NCBI GenBank assembly: GCA_945892775.1
Contig: CAMDDP010000003.1
Location: 9,432-73,431 of the forward strand
DNA: 64,000 bases
Direction of reading: 5' to 3'
Source of the DNA: Chitinophaga pinensis
GTDB lineage: Bacteria > Bacteroidota > Bacteroidia > Chitinophagales > UBA10324
Shown: piece by piece, positions 20,345 through 28,242 of the stretch
Layout of the letters: the number at the start of each line of letters is the position of its first letter
Numbering within the stretch: position 1 is the first letter of the stretch
The notes under the pieces: generated by a model
What the model saw: the letters and a program-made list of their open reading frames with translations, nothing else
What the model was told of the DNA's origin: nothing
The model's database searches: none
Program-made: the position numbers and the translations under genes

Positions 20345-21499
20345 TCACAATTCCTTCAACTTATCAATTGCCTTTTGCTTGTAAGCAGATTCTATTTTAG
20401 ATAAATCGGCTAATACAGTTTTGGCTTTATCTTTTTTATTCAGGTTAATTAACAGAAATGCTTTTTCCCACATGGCCTGTGGCTTTAATTCATTATTCAA
20501 TTTTATCAGCTCATCTAATTTCTCAATTGCTTTTTCTTTTTCACCTGATGATTTGTACTGCATGGCCTGATTAAATAAATCAGATGGAACATCTATTGAA
20601 ACTGAATCAGAAATTGATTGGTCTCTTGATTTTGTATAACCGCCACTTGGAATTTTGTCTTTTTCATTTTTGTTTTTTTTACCTGATGTGATTTCTACTT
20701 CTTCCTGGTTCAACGAGGGTGACAATTGCGGCGATGAACCTGAAGAAAAAGAATTGCTGGGTGAAAAACTTAACTGGTCGGTAGTTAGTGTAACAGTCTG
20801 AGGCGATGTAATTGATTTGGTTGAAACATCCAGATCATTTTTCTGATCAAGCTTATCTCCAACCAATGGTTCGTAATTTTCTTCAGCGGTTTTATTTACA
20901 GTCGGTGGAGAAACATCGACGACCAAATTGTCATTCGATATTGACTGATTTTCATCTTTTGGAAGATTTTTAAAAACAAATCCTCCAACTGGTTGTTGGC
21001 CTGGTACTTTTACATCTTCAATTGGTTTTCCATTACCAACAGGCTGTGTAACCTTGATTTTTTCTTTATCATAAATGGAATCTTTTTTATAATGAATACC
21101 GTCCACTGATTTCTCCAAATCCGATTTTTTCTCTGCAAAATTTTGTGCAACCTCCTGATGTTTTTGATTCATGAATTCATTCAGAAAAAATGCACCGATA
21201 ATTACAACAATAAGTACTGCAGCAACAGCCATAGAGCGCTTCATCATCATAATTAACACCGGATTTTCTTTTAATCTTCTGCTGATTCTGTTATCAATTT
21301 TAACGAGCGACTCATTTGTTTCAGTCTCGGATAACAACCTTAAACCATCAATTGCTTCTGTACACAATTCGCAATCTACCAGATGCAATTCCACTCGACG
21401 CAAACGATTGCCTGCTAACCTGTCGGCCAAGTAATCCTGCATTTCATTACGGGACAGGCAGAGCTGCTCCTGCATTATATTTTTAAACTCGTCACTCAT
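20345..21499 (-). CDS. anti-sigma factor (zf-HC2), single-pass membrane protein with Ser/Pro-rich linker and C-terminal TPR-like region
   Basis: 'HLVDCELCTEAIDG' is the H-x3-C-x2-C zinc motif. TM helix 'MAVAAVLIVVIIGAFFL'. Overlaps the sigma gene by 8 nt (ATGAGTGA). Confidence 0.65.
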   Translation of the reverse strand: MSDEFKNIMQEQLCLSRNEMQDYLADRLAGNRLRRVELHLVDCELCTEAIDGLRLLSETETNESLVKIDNRISRRLKENPVLIMMMKRSMAVAAVLIVVIIGAFFLNEFMNQKHQEVAQNFAEKKSDLEKSVDGIHYKKDSIYDKEKIKVTQPVGNGKPIEDVKVPGQQPVGGFVFKNLPKDENQSISNDNLVVDVSPPTVNKTAEENYEPLVGDKLDQKNDLDVSTKSITSPQTVTLTTDQLSFSPSNSFSSGSSPQLSPSLNQEEVEITSGKKNKNEKDKIPSGGYTKSRDQSISDSVSIDVPSDLFNQAMQYKSSGEKEKAIEKLDELIKLNNELKPQAMWEKAFLLINLNKKDKAKTVLADLSKIESAYKQKAIDKLKEL

Positions 21500-22073
21500 T
21501 GTTCTGACTTAACATTATTTTCAAATTTCTTTTTCCATTCTGAATAAAACTTTTTACCTCCAGCATTGAATATCCTGTTTGATCCACTATTTCCTGATAC
21601 GATTTTTCCTGGAGATAAAACAATTCCACACAAATTTTTTGTCCTTCTTTTAATTGCATCAGTGCACCATTCATCTCTTCTAGTTTTGCGTTTTTCCAGT
21701 TTTCATTATCAAGAGGCGAAGATTGTTCGTTTTCCATAATCACAGGAAAATCTTTATTCATTTCCTTCTGATTCTTAAAATGTGATTGCTGTTTACGCAA
21801 AAGGTACAGGCAATGATTTTTTGCAACAGTATGAATCCAAAATTTGAATTCGTTCACTTCATATTGGTGTAACTGCACCAATAATTTTTCAAAAACCTGC
21901 ATCGTGGCATCTTCTGCCTCATCACGATTTTTTAAATACTTCATGCAAACTCCAAGAACCAAGTGCACGTATCGCTGATACAACACCGCAATCACCTGCT
22001 TATCCGCCGTGCTTCGATAATGTAACAACAATTGCTTGTCATCTAATTCATTTATGGAGTGAACTTTTTCCAA
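21492..22073 (-). CDS. RNA polymerase ECF-type sigma-70 factor
   Basis: Region 2 'LYQRYVHLVLGVCMKYLKNRDEAEDATMQVF' and region 4 'ELFYLQEKSYQEIVDQTGYSMLEVKSFIQNGKRNL'. The only available start is TTG at 22073, directly after an in-frame stop. Confidence 0.8.
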   Translation of the reverse strand: MEKVHSINELDDKQLLLHYRSTADKQVIAVLYQRYVHLVLGVCMKYLKNRDEAEDATMQVFEKLLVQLHQYEVNEFKFWIHTVAKNHCLYLLRKQQSHFKNQKEMNKDFPVIMENEQSSPLDNENWKNAKLEEMNGALMQLKEGQKICVELFYLQEKSYQEIVDQTGYSMLEVKSFIQNGKRNLKIMLSQNNE

Positions 22074-22627
22074 TCAGGTTTGAAAAATAGTTGTTGAAAG
22101 GAAACCTTCCTAATTAGATCCAAAACAAATCTTAAACTCACGCCGTGTCTCACCGCAGTAGTGCAAAAAACGTGGGGTGAACACGATGGGGGAGAAATCA
22201 TGGCAATTATCTGAATGCATTCTAAAACAGAAAAATGGTTTCTGTTGTAGTTCAAAGCAAAAATAAATGGAATAAATCCGACTTCGATAAAAATGAAAAT
22301 AATTCCGCTAATTTCTTCCCACCTCCATCCAACAATTAAAAGAATTAGAAACTGATGAAAAGTATTGCTGGAATGCAAATTATTCTCGGGAGCCAGTGAA
22401 ATATCTTTTGCATTGAAAATTATTTTTATAAATCAAATTAGCAGCAAATTTTTTGAAAATGATTGTTGTCAGATTTGGAGTTGCAACAATCGAAAACCTG
22501 CATGCTATGTGACCCTAATTGTTTTAAATTTTAATTACCCCATTAAATCACTGCCGGAACAATTATTTCATTATCTCATTTATGGAATCCCGCAACCTTC
22601 TGCATCTCCTATCCAAATTCATTATTT

Positions 22628-25600
22628 ATGAAAACGAAAATCAATTACACACTGCCTCTGCTGATTTCAGTTGCACTGTTTGCTTTCAGTTTGCTGCAGG
22701 CAACTGGAGTTATTAATGTTGTTACTGACCCGAAGCTCGATACGCTCGAGCAAAAAATTTCGGCGCGCGAAAAAGATTATCCCGAAGACCGGATTTATCT
22801 CACCACCAACCAACCCATTTATTCGCCGGGCGAACAAATCTGGTTCAGCGCTTTTGTGCGCAACGGAAGCACGCTTAAGCCCTCACTAAAAAGCGATATC
22901 GTGCACATCGAATTAATTAATCCTGCCGGAAAAGTTCAGCAAACGATGAAGCTGATTTCGCGCGATGGTTATTGTTCGGGCGATTTATCCATTGCGGCAT
23001 CGTTGCCCGGCGGTTATTACAAACTGCGTGCTTACACCAACTGGATGCTGAACGAAAGCGACTCAGCAGGATATACAAAAGAAGTCCTCATATCGAAAGT
23101 GATATTGCCACGATTGAAAATGAATCTCACATACGATAAAGACAGTTACACTAAAGGCGAAGAAGTGCTCGCAAAATTTTCAGCAAGCACCAATCAGAAT
23201 CTTCCGCTTACTGCAAAAAGTTTTTCGTATGAAATTCAAATGGACGGAACGAAAATAAAAGAGGGCACATCCACCACCGGAAATGATGGAGTGATGTTCG
23301 TGCGTTACAATCTCCCAGAGAAAATCAAATCGAAAGATGCGCTGATGATTGTGAAACTCGATTTCGAAGGAACCACTGAAAGTATTTCGCGCAGCATTCC
23401 TATTTCGATGAGCAATTTATCTCTCCATTTTTTTCCTGAAGGCGGTGATATGGTTGACGGATTGCCTGGCAGAATTGCATTCAGAGCGAAGGATGAATTC
23501 GAAAAAGCAATTTCAGTGGAAGGAATTGTAAAAGATTCGAAAGGAAATAAAGTCGCCGACTTCACCACTTTCCATAAAGGCATGGGTGCATTCACCATGA
23601 TGCCGGTGAAGGGAGAAACTTACACTGTTACACTCACCAAGCCCGAAGGAGTTGAAAAAACTTTTTCGTTGCCCAATGCAGTGGCTGCGGGTTTCAATGT
23701 GGAACTGAGCACAGAGAAAAATGCAGTGAACGCAACACTCCGCTCCACCGGAACATTTAAAGTTTACACTGTTGCAATGGTTCGTGGCAAAGTGTGTTAC
23801 AGTAATTCTCAATTGGTTTCAGAAGGAGAAAATCACATCGAGATTCCGACTGCGAATTTCCCGATGGGAGTTGCGCAGGTTACTTTCTTCGACCAGCAAA
23901 TGATTCCGCGTTGCGAAAGATTGGTGTTTGTGAATCGCGAGCGACAACTGAATGTCTCAATCAAAACCGATAAAGATGAATATCAAACACGCGATCGTGT
24001 GCATGTAACAGTGCGCACCACGGATGAAAATGGAATTCCGGTTCCTGCAATTCTTTCGGTGAAAGCAGTGAACGACCAACTCATGAATTTCGCTGACGAT
24101 AAATCAGGAAACATTTTAACAGCCATGCTGCTCGAAGGTGATTTGAAACAAAAAGTGGAAGAATCGAATTTTTATTTCGACAAAGCAGAAGCGAAAGGCG
24201 CAGAAGCTCTTGACTATTTACTGATGACAAGCGGATGGAGAAGATTCAGTTGGAAGCAAATTCTGAAAGATGAAAAACCTATCGTGCGCTACAATGGAGA
24301 AAAAGCAAATGTGATAATCACCACTTATGATGGATACACCGGAAAAATTTTGCCGAACACTAAAATCAAAATCGGAAATAGCAGAGCAGAATATTTCACT
24401 GATGCAAACGGAAAAGTAATTTTCAACAAACTGAATTTGTATGAACCCGTCAACATCACTGCCAGCTTAGATGATTACACGCCTGCAACAACACAAATTG
24501 TTGATTACAACGAAAACCTCGGCATCTGGCTATACAATCCGAAGAACGAGGTTTACATGTATAAAGATGCTCCGGATATGCGCGAAGAAAATATTCAGCT
24601 CGCACCACAAATGAATTTTGCAGCACCAATGGGCGGAATGGTAATGGATGAAGTGATGATGATTGGAAACGGAAAAGCCGGGAAGAAAAACAAGGGCTTC
24701 GACGCTGAAGGAGACATGGTAGTGAATGAAATAAAATTCACGCCGCCTATTGAAACAAAAACAGGTGCAAACAAAGACGAGAACAAAAACGGCGAACAAG
24801 TGATTGACCAACGCTTACTCGGAATTCTTGCAGCCGATTCTATTGCAGTAAAAGATCTGAACAACAATCAGGCATACTACCGCACACGCGAGTTCCCGCA
24901 AAAATCCTATTCATCAAAAACTCCGGAGAAGAGAACCGACTTTGCTTCCACACTTTATTTCAACGGCGCAGTGGAAACCGATTACAGCGGCAAAGCAGAT
25001 TTCACTTTCACCACTAACGATTTAATTTCTTCCTTCCGGATTATTGCCGAAGGAATCGGCGATGATGGATTAGTTGGCAGAGGAGAAAAATTATTCTTCA
25101 CTCAATTACCATTCAGCATCTCTGCAAAAATCCCCGGCACACTTACAGGTGGCGACCAAATGCAATTGCCCATTGTGCTGAAGAACAACACACTCCGCAA
25201 TCTCACCGGAAAATTATCTGTTCACTTCTCACAAAAAATATTGAATGGAAATGTTGGCGATACATCCATTGCCATTGCCGCACAAAGCACAAAAGTTATT
25301 TACTGGAACATGAGCGCACACGACACCATTGCGAACGACACCATTCAACTCGCATTTGTAACCGAAGGACTCAGCGACGAAACCACAGTGCCTGTTGCCG
25401 TTGACTCCAAAGGATTTCCGGTGCAGCAATCATTCAGCGGTCGCGACCTTGAGAAAAATTTCAAGTTCAGTTTTAAAGATGCACTAAAGGGAAGTTTAAA
25501 AGTTTCTCTCACTGCTTATCCATCAACTGTCAGCACATTGCTGGGTGGTTTGTCAGGATTGTTGCGCATGCCCGGCGGATGTTTTGAGCAAACAAGCATG

Positions 25601-26998
25601 AGCTCTTATCCTAATGCCATGATCATGAATTATCTGAAAGCCAGTGAGAGTGGCGATGAAGCAACTTATGCGCACGCAAAAGAATTATTGAAAGCCGGTT
25701 ATGAGAAACTCGTAACATTTGAAACAAAGCAAAAAGGTTACGAGTGGTTTGGCTCTGCACCCGGGCACGAAGCACTCTCAGCTTATGGGTTGATGCAGTT
25801 TGCTGATTACAAAAAATTATATGCCGGTGTGGATGAAGGAATGGTTACACGAACTGCCGACTGGCTTTTCGCGCGGCGCGATGGCAAGGGCGGATACCAG
25901 CGCAATGATAAAGCCTGCGATTATTTCGGTCGCGCCAGTGAAGACATCACAAACCTTTACATCACTTATGCGCTCAGCGAAGCGGGTTACAAAAATCTGC
26001 AGCAGGAAGTTGACTATGCATACACGACAGCAAAAGCCAGCGACGATAATTATTTGATTGCATTAGCGGCCAACACACTTTACAATATGAAAGACAACAC
26101 ACGCGGCGATGCACTGCTCACAAAAATTCTGGGCAAACAAAAAGAAGACGGTAGCTTCGATGGAAAAACACAAAGCATTGTTTGCTCCGGCGGTCAGTCG
26201 CTCACCACCGAAACATCATCGCTTTCGTTGCTCGCCATTCTTGCCAGCGCTAATCCAAGCTATCAGGCAACACAAAAAGTTGCCGAGTTCCTCACCAAGC
26301 AGCGCAGCGGCTATGGCGAATGGGGAAACACACAGGCAACTATACTCGCACTCAAGGCGCTCAGCAAATTCAGTTTGTTCAACAAGCGCGCACCCGAGAG
26401 CGGCACCATTCAGTTTCTGCTCGATGATGTGCAGATTGCCGAAGTCAACTTTGCCGCAGGCGATAACAAACCCGTGGAAATAAAAGGTCTCGAAAAATTC
26501 ATAAACGAAGGCGACCACGATTTAAAAATCCGTTACAAAGGTTGCAAGGTCGCCATGCCTTACAGCATCAGCATCACTTACAACATTGCCACACCCAAGA
26601 GTGCGAAAGATTGCAATGTGAGTTTGAACACATCGCTCGCCACCAACACCTGCAAAGTCGGTGACAATGTGCGGCTCAGTGTTACACTCAAAAATGAAAC
26701 TGCTGGCGGCTTACCTTCTACCATGGCCATTGTAGGAATACCAGCGGGCTTGAGTTTGCAGCCGTGGCAGTTAAAAGAGCTGAAAGACAAAAAAGAATTC
26801 GACTACTTCGAAATCATGAACAACAACCTCGTGCTCTACTACCGCCAGATGAAACCAAGTGAAGTGATAGAATTAAATTTCGATTTAAAAGCCGAAGTGC
26901 CCGGCACATTTGAACCGCAGGCAAGCGACAGCTACTTGTATTACACAAGTGAGTTTAAATGTTGGACCAAGGCGGAAAAAATTACCATAACAAAATAG
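22628..26998 (+). CDS. alpha-2-macroglobulin / thioester-containing protein (TEP) family, secreted
   Basis: Signal peptide without Cys. MG-like 'YLTTNQPIYSPGEQIWFSAFV'. Thioester motif 'PGGCFEQTSM' (Cys985, nt 25580-25591). A2M_comp-like 'QRSGYGEWGNTQATILALKAL'. C-terminal receptor-domain-like 'NNLVLYYRQMKPSEVIELNFDLKA'. Confidence 0.8.
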   Translation: MKTKINYTLPLLISVALFAFSLLQATGVINVVTDPKLDTLEQKISAREKDYPEDRIYLTTNQPIYSPGEQIWFSAFVRNGSTLKPSLKSDIVHIELINPAGKVQQTMKLISRDGYCSGDLSIAASLPGGYYKLRAYTNWMLNESDSAGYTKEVLISKVILPRLKMNLTYDKDSYTKGEEVLAKFSASTNQNLPLTAKSFSYEIQMDGTKIKEGTSTTGNDGVMFVRYNLPEKIKSKDALMIVKLDFEGTTESISRSIPISMSNLSLHFFPEGGDMVDGLPGRIAFRAKDEFEKAISVEGIVKDSKGNKVADFTTFHKGMGAFTMMPVKGETYTVTLTKPEGVEKTFSLPNAVAAGFNVELSTEKNAVNATLRSTGTFKVYTVAMVRGKVCYSNSQLVSEGENHIEIPTANFPMGVAQVTFFDQQMIPRCERLVFVNRERQLNVSIKTDKDEYQTRDRVHVTVRTTDENGIPVPAILSVKAVNDQLMNFADDKSGNILTAMLLEGDLKQKVEESNFYFDKAEAKGAEALDYLLMTSGWRRFSWKQILKDEKPIVRYNGEKANVIITTYDGYTGKILPNTKIKIGNSRAEYFTDANGKVIFNKLNLYEPVNITASLDDYTPATTQIVDYNENLGIWLYNPKNEVYMYKDAPDMREENIQLAPQMNFAAPMGGMVMDEVMMIGNGKAGKKNKGFDAEGDMVVNEIKFTPPIETKTGANKDENKNGEQVIDQRLLGILAADSIAVKDLNNNQAYYRTREFPQKSYSSKTPEKRTDFASTLYFNGAVETDYSGKADFTFTTNDLISSFRIIAEGIGDDGLVGRGEKLFFTQLPFSISAKIPGTLTGGDQMQLPIVLKNNTLRNLTGKLSVHFSQKILNGNVGDTSIAIAAQSTKVIYWNMSAHDTIANDTIQLAFVTEGLSDETTVPVAVDSKGFPVQQSFSGRDLEKNFKFSFKDALKGSLKVSLTAYPSTVSTLLGGLSGLLRMPGGCFEQTSMSSYPNAMIMNYLKASESGDEATYAHAKELLKAGYEKLVTFETKQKGYEWFGSAPGHEALSAYGLMQFADYKKLYAGVDEGMVTRTADWLFARRDGKGGYQRNDKACDYFGRASEDITNLYITYALSEAGYKNLQQEVDYAYTTAKASDDNYLIALAANTLYNMKDNTRGDALLTKILGKQKEDGSFDGKTQSIVCSGGQSLTTETSSLSLLAILASANPSYQATQKVAEFLTKQRSGYGEWGNTQATILALKALSKFSLFNKRAPESGTIQFLLDDVQIAEVNFAAGDNKPVEIKGLEKFINEGDHDLKIRYKGCKVAMPYSISITYNIATPKSAKDCNVSLNTSLATNTCKVGDNVRLSVTLKNETAGGLPSTMAIVGIPAGLSLQPWQLKELKDKKEFDYFEIMNNNLVLYYRQMKPSEVIELNFDLKAEVPGTFEPQASDSYLYYTSEFKCWTKAEKITITK

Positions 26999-27020
26999 TG
27001 TTACAGCATAGTTAAAATAA

Positions 27021-27087
27021 AATGGAGAGACTTGCCACACTGAGCTTGTCGAAGTGTTGTCAAAGCATTGTCTCTCCATTTTTATTT
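27021..27087 (+). terminator. long-loop hairpin plus T-run after the A2M-like gene
   Basis: Perfect 11-bp stem aatggagagac (27021-27031) / gtctctccatt (27070-27080), a 38-nt loop, then 'tttattt'. Confidence 0.55.
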
Positions 27088-27154
27088 GGGCGTGCCACCA
27101 TTTTTTGAATACAAAAAATGCTGTCGTGCTTTCCCTGCAATATTTTTTTAATTA

Positions 27155-27189
27155 CAAAAAAAGCCGCAGTATTAGTGCGGCTTTTTCTT
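27155..27189. terminator. bidirectional rho-independent terminator
   Basis: Stem aagccgca (27161-27168) / tgcggctt (27176-27183), flanked by an A-run upstream and a T-run downstream. Sits between convergent genes. Confidence 0.65.
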
Positions 27190-27204
27190 TCATTTAAATT
27201 TGCT

Positions 27205-27387
27205 TCATGCAGCAATTTTTTTATTCCTGAACATTAAAAACACTCCTATGATACCATGTAATACCCCCGCACAAAGTGCAGTATTGGCTCCAGTAGGATA
27301 TTTATGTTCTAATGCCATTAGTGTTCCGAATAAAATAAATATTATGCAGATTGAAAAGCAGTAAATCATTCCTAATTTATTTTTCAT
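27205..27387 (-). CDS. small hypothetical membrane protein (two TM helices)
   Basis: 60-aa ATG ORF with 'IYCFSICIIFILFGTLMAL' and 'ALCAGVLHGIIGVFLMF'. A terminator lies immediately downstream. No family recognised. Confidence 0.4.
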   Translation of the reverse strand: MKNKLGMIYCFSICIIFILFGTLMALEHKYPTGANTALCAGVLHGIIGVFLMFRNKKIAA

Positions 27388-27561
27388 GGTTGTTTAATTT
27401 AAAGTGAATGCAACAACAGAATCCTCGGTAATCTCTTCTGATGAGGCAAATAATTTTCTGACTATTGTTTATTCAAATTAAATTGTTGGAGAAACATTTT
27501 TAGTGAGTCGGTGTTCCTCCTCTCGAGCCGCTGCAATTGTCTTAATCAGTATGAGCAACAA

Positions 27562-27652
27562 GATTTAAAGATGAATAGGATTATGCTTTTTTTATTTTTT
27601 ATTTTTTGTATTCATCCTGCTAATCTTCAAATCATAAAATCCTGATTCAGAT
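27562..27652. repeat. imperfect inverted-repeat (hairpin) element with T-rich loop
   Basis: Arms gatttaaagat (27562-27572) and atcttcaaatc (27623-27633) pair 10/11. Inner aggat/atcct also pairs. Loop 27585-27610 is T-rich. The tail 'aaatcctgattcagat' resembles dispersed Bacteroidota intergenic repeats I recall, unverified. Confidence 0.4.
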
Positions 27653-27839
27653 ATTTTTTCTTGCGCTCTCAAACTTAACTTTTCCTTCAAACAAAAACGC
27701 TTAATAAAATCTTTCTGTTCAGAGCTTAACCACTCAGAATATAAAAAAAATAGGTTTGACTTAAATAGAAATGGAGAGGCGCTAGCGTCTAATTTTTTGT
27801 GCTAATAAAAAATATTTTAGTCGAACAGAAATAGAAAAA

Positions 27840-28238
27840 TTAAATAACTACAGTGTTGAGTTTATCAACTGATAATGGTTTTACTAAAAAATTAATTATC
27901 TGTGGAAATTCTTTTGCCCTTCCATAATCCTGTTCATCTAAAGTGGAGGAGAGCATTATTACTTTTGGCTTGGTGTTAATTTCGGGAGCGAGCTTAACAT
28001 ACTCATCCATAAATCCGAAACCATCAATGATGGGCATTCTAATATCCAAAAAAATAACATCGGGTACTTTACTCAAATCGTTAGCAACAACAGTTTTAAA
28101 ATATTCCAACGCATCAACACCAGATGGCATCACAGCAATATTTTGACCGAACCCTGCAATTTCAATCAAACGCTCATGCATCACATTGTTAATCTCATTA
28201 TCATCAATGAGCAAAATATTTTCAAATCTTGCTGACAT
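27840..28238 (-). CDS. stand-alone response regulator receiver domain (CheY-like)
   Basis: 'ILLIDDNEINN', 'DVIFLDIRMPIIDGF' (phospho-acceptor Asp) and 'FLVKPLSVDKL'. 132 aa with no output domain. Confidence 0.85.
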   Translation of the reverse strand: MSARFENILLIDDNEINNVMHERLIEIAGFGQNIAVMPSGVDALEYFKTVVANDLSKVPDVIFLDIRMPIIDGFGFMDEYVKLAPEINTKPKVIMLSSTLDEQDYGRAKEFPQIINFLVKPLSVDKLNTVVI

Positions 28239-28242
28239 TTTT

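Noticed and set aside
22052-22631. ORFs of 108 aa (minus) and 88 aa (plus) in the sigma/A2M intergenic region
   Set aside because: No family resemblance and implausible C-terminal halves. The plus-strand ORF runs into the A2M start in another frame. They are kept only as a low-priority possibility in the findings.
23305-27079. Cluster of 60-124-aa ORFs in other frames and strands across the A2M-like gene (e.g. 23305-23598, 24530-24867, 25800-26057, 26109-26483, 26216-26518)
   Set aside because: The higher GC of this gene lowers stop-codon frequency in off-frames. None has a recognisable motif, and all are nested in a long ORF with coherent domain structure.
27438-27445. 'CTGATGAG', the hammerhead-ribozyme core heptamer plus G, with a 'GAAAC' at about 27494
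   Set aside because: I could not build stems I, II or III, because the sequence between the two motifs is not self-complementary. A 7-8-mer like this is expected several times by chance in 64 kb.
27571-27645. 24-codon ORF 'MNRIMLFLFFIFCIHPANLQIIKS'
   Set aside because: It is a read-through of the hairpin element and its T-rich loop, so its composition is dictated by the repeat. There is no evidence of coding.
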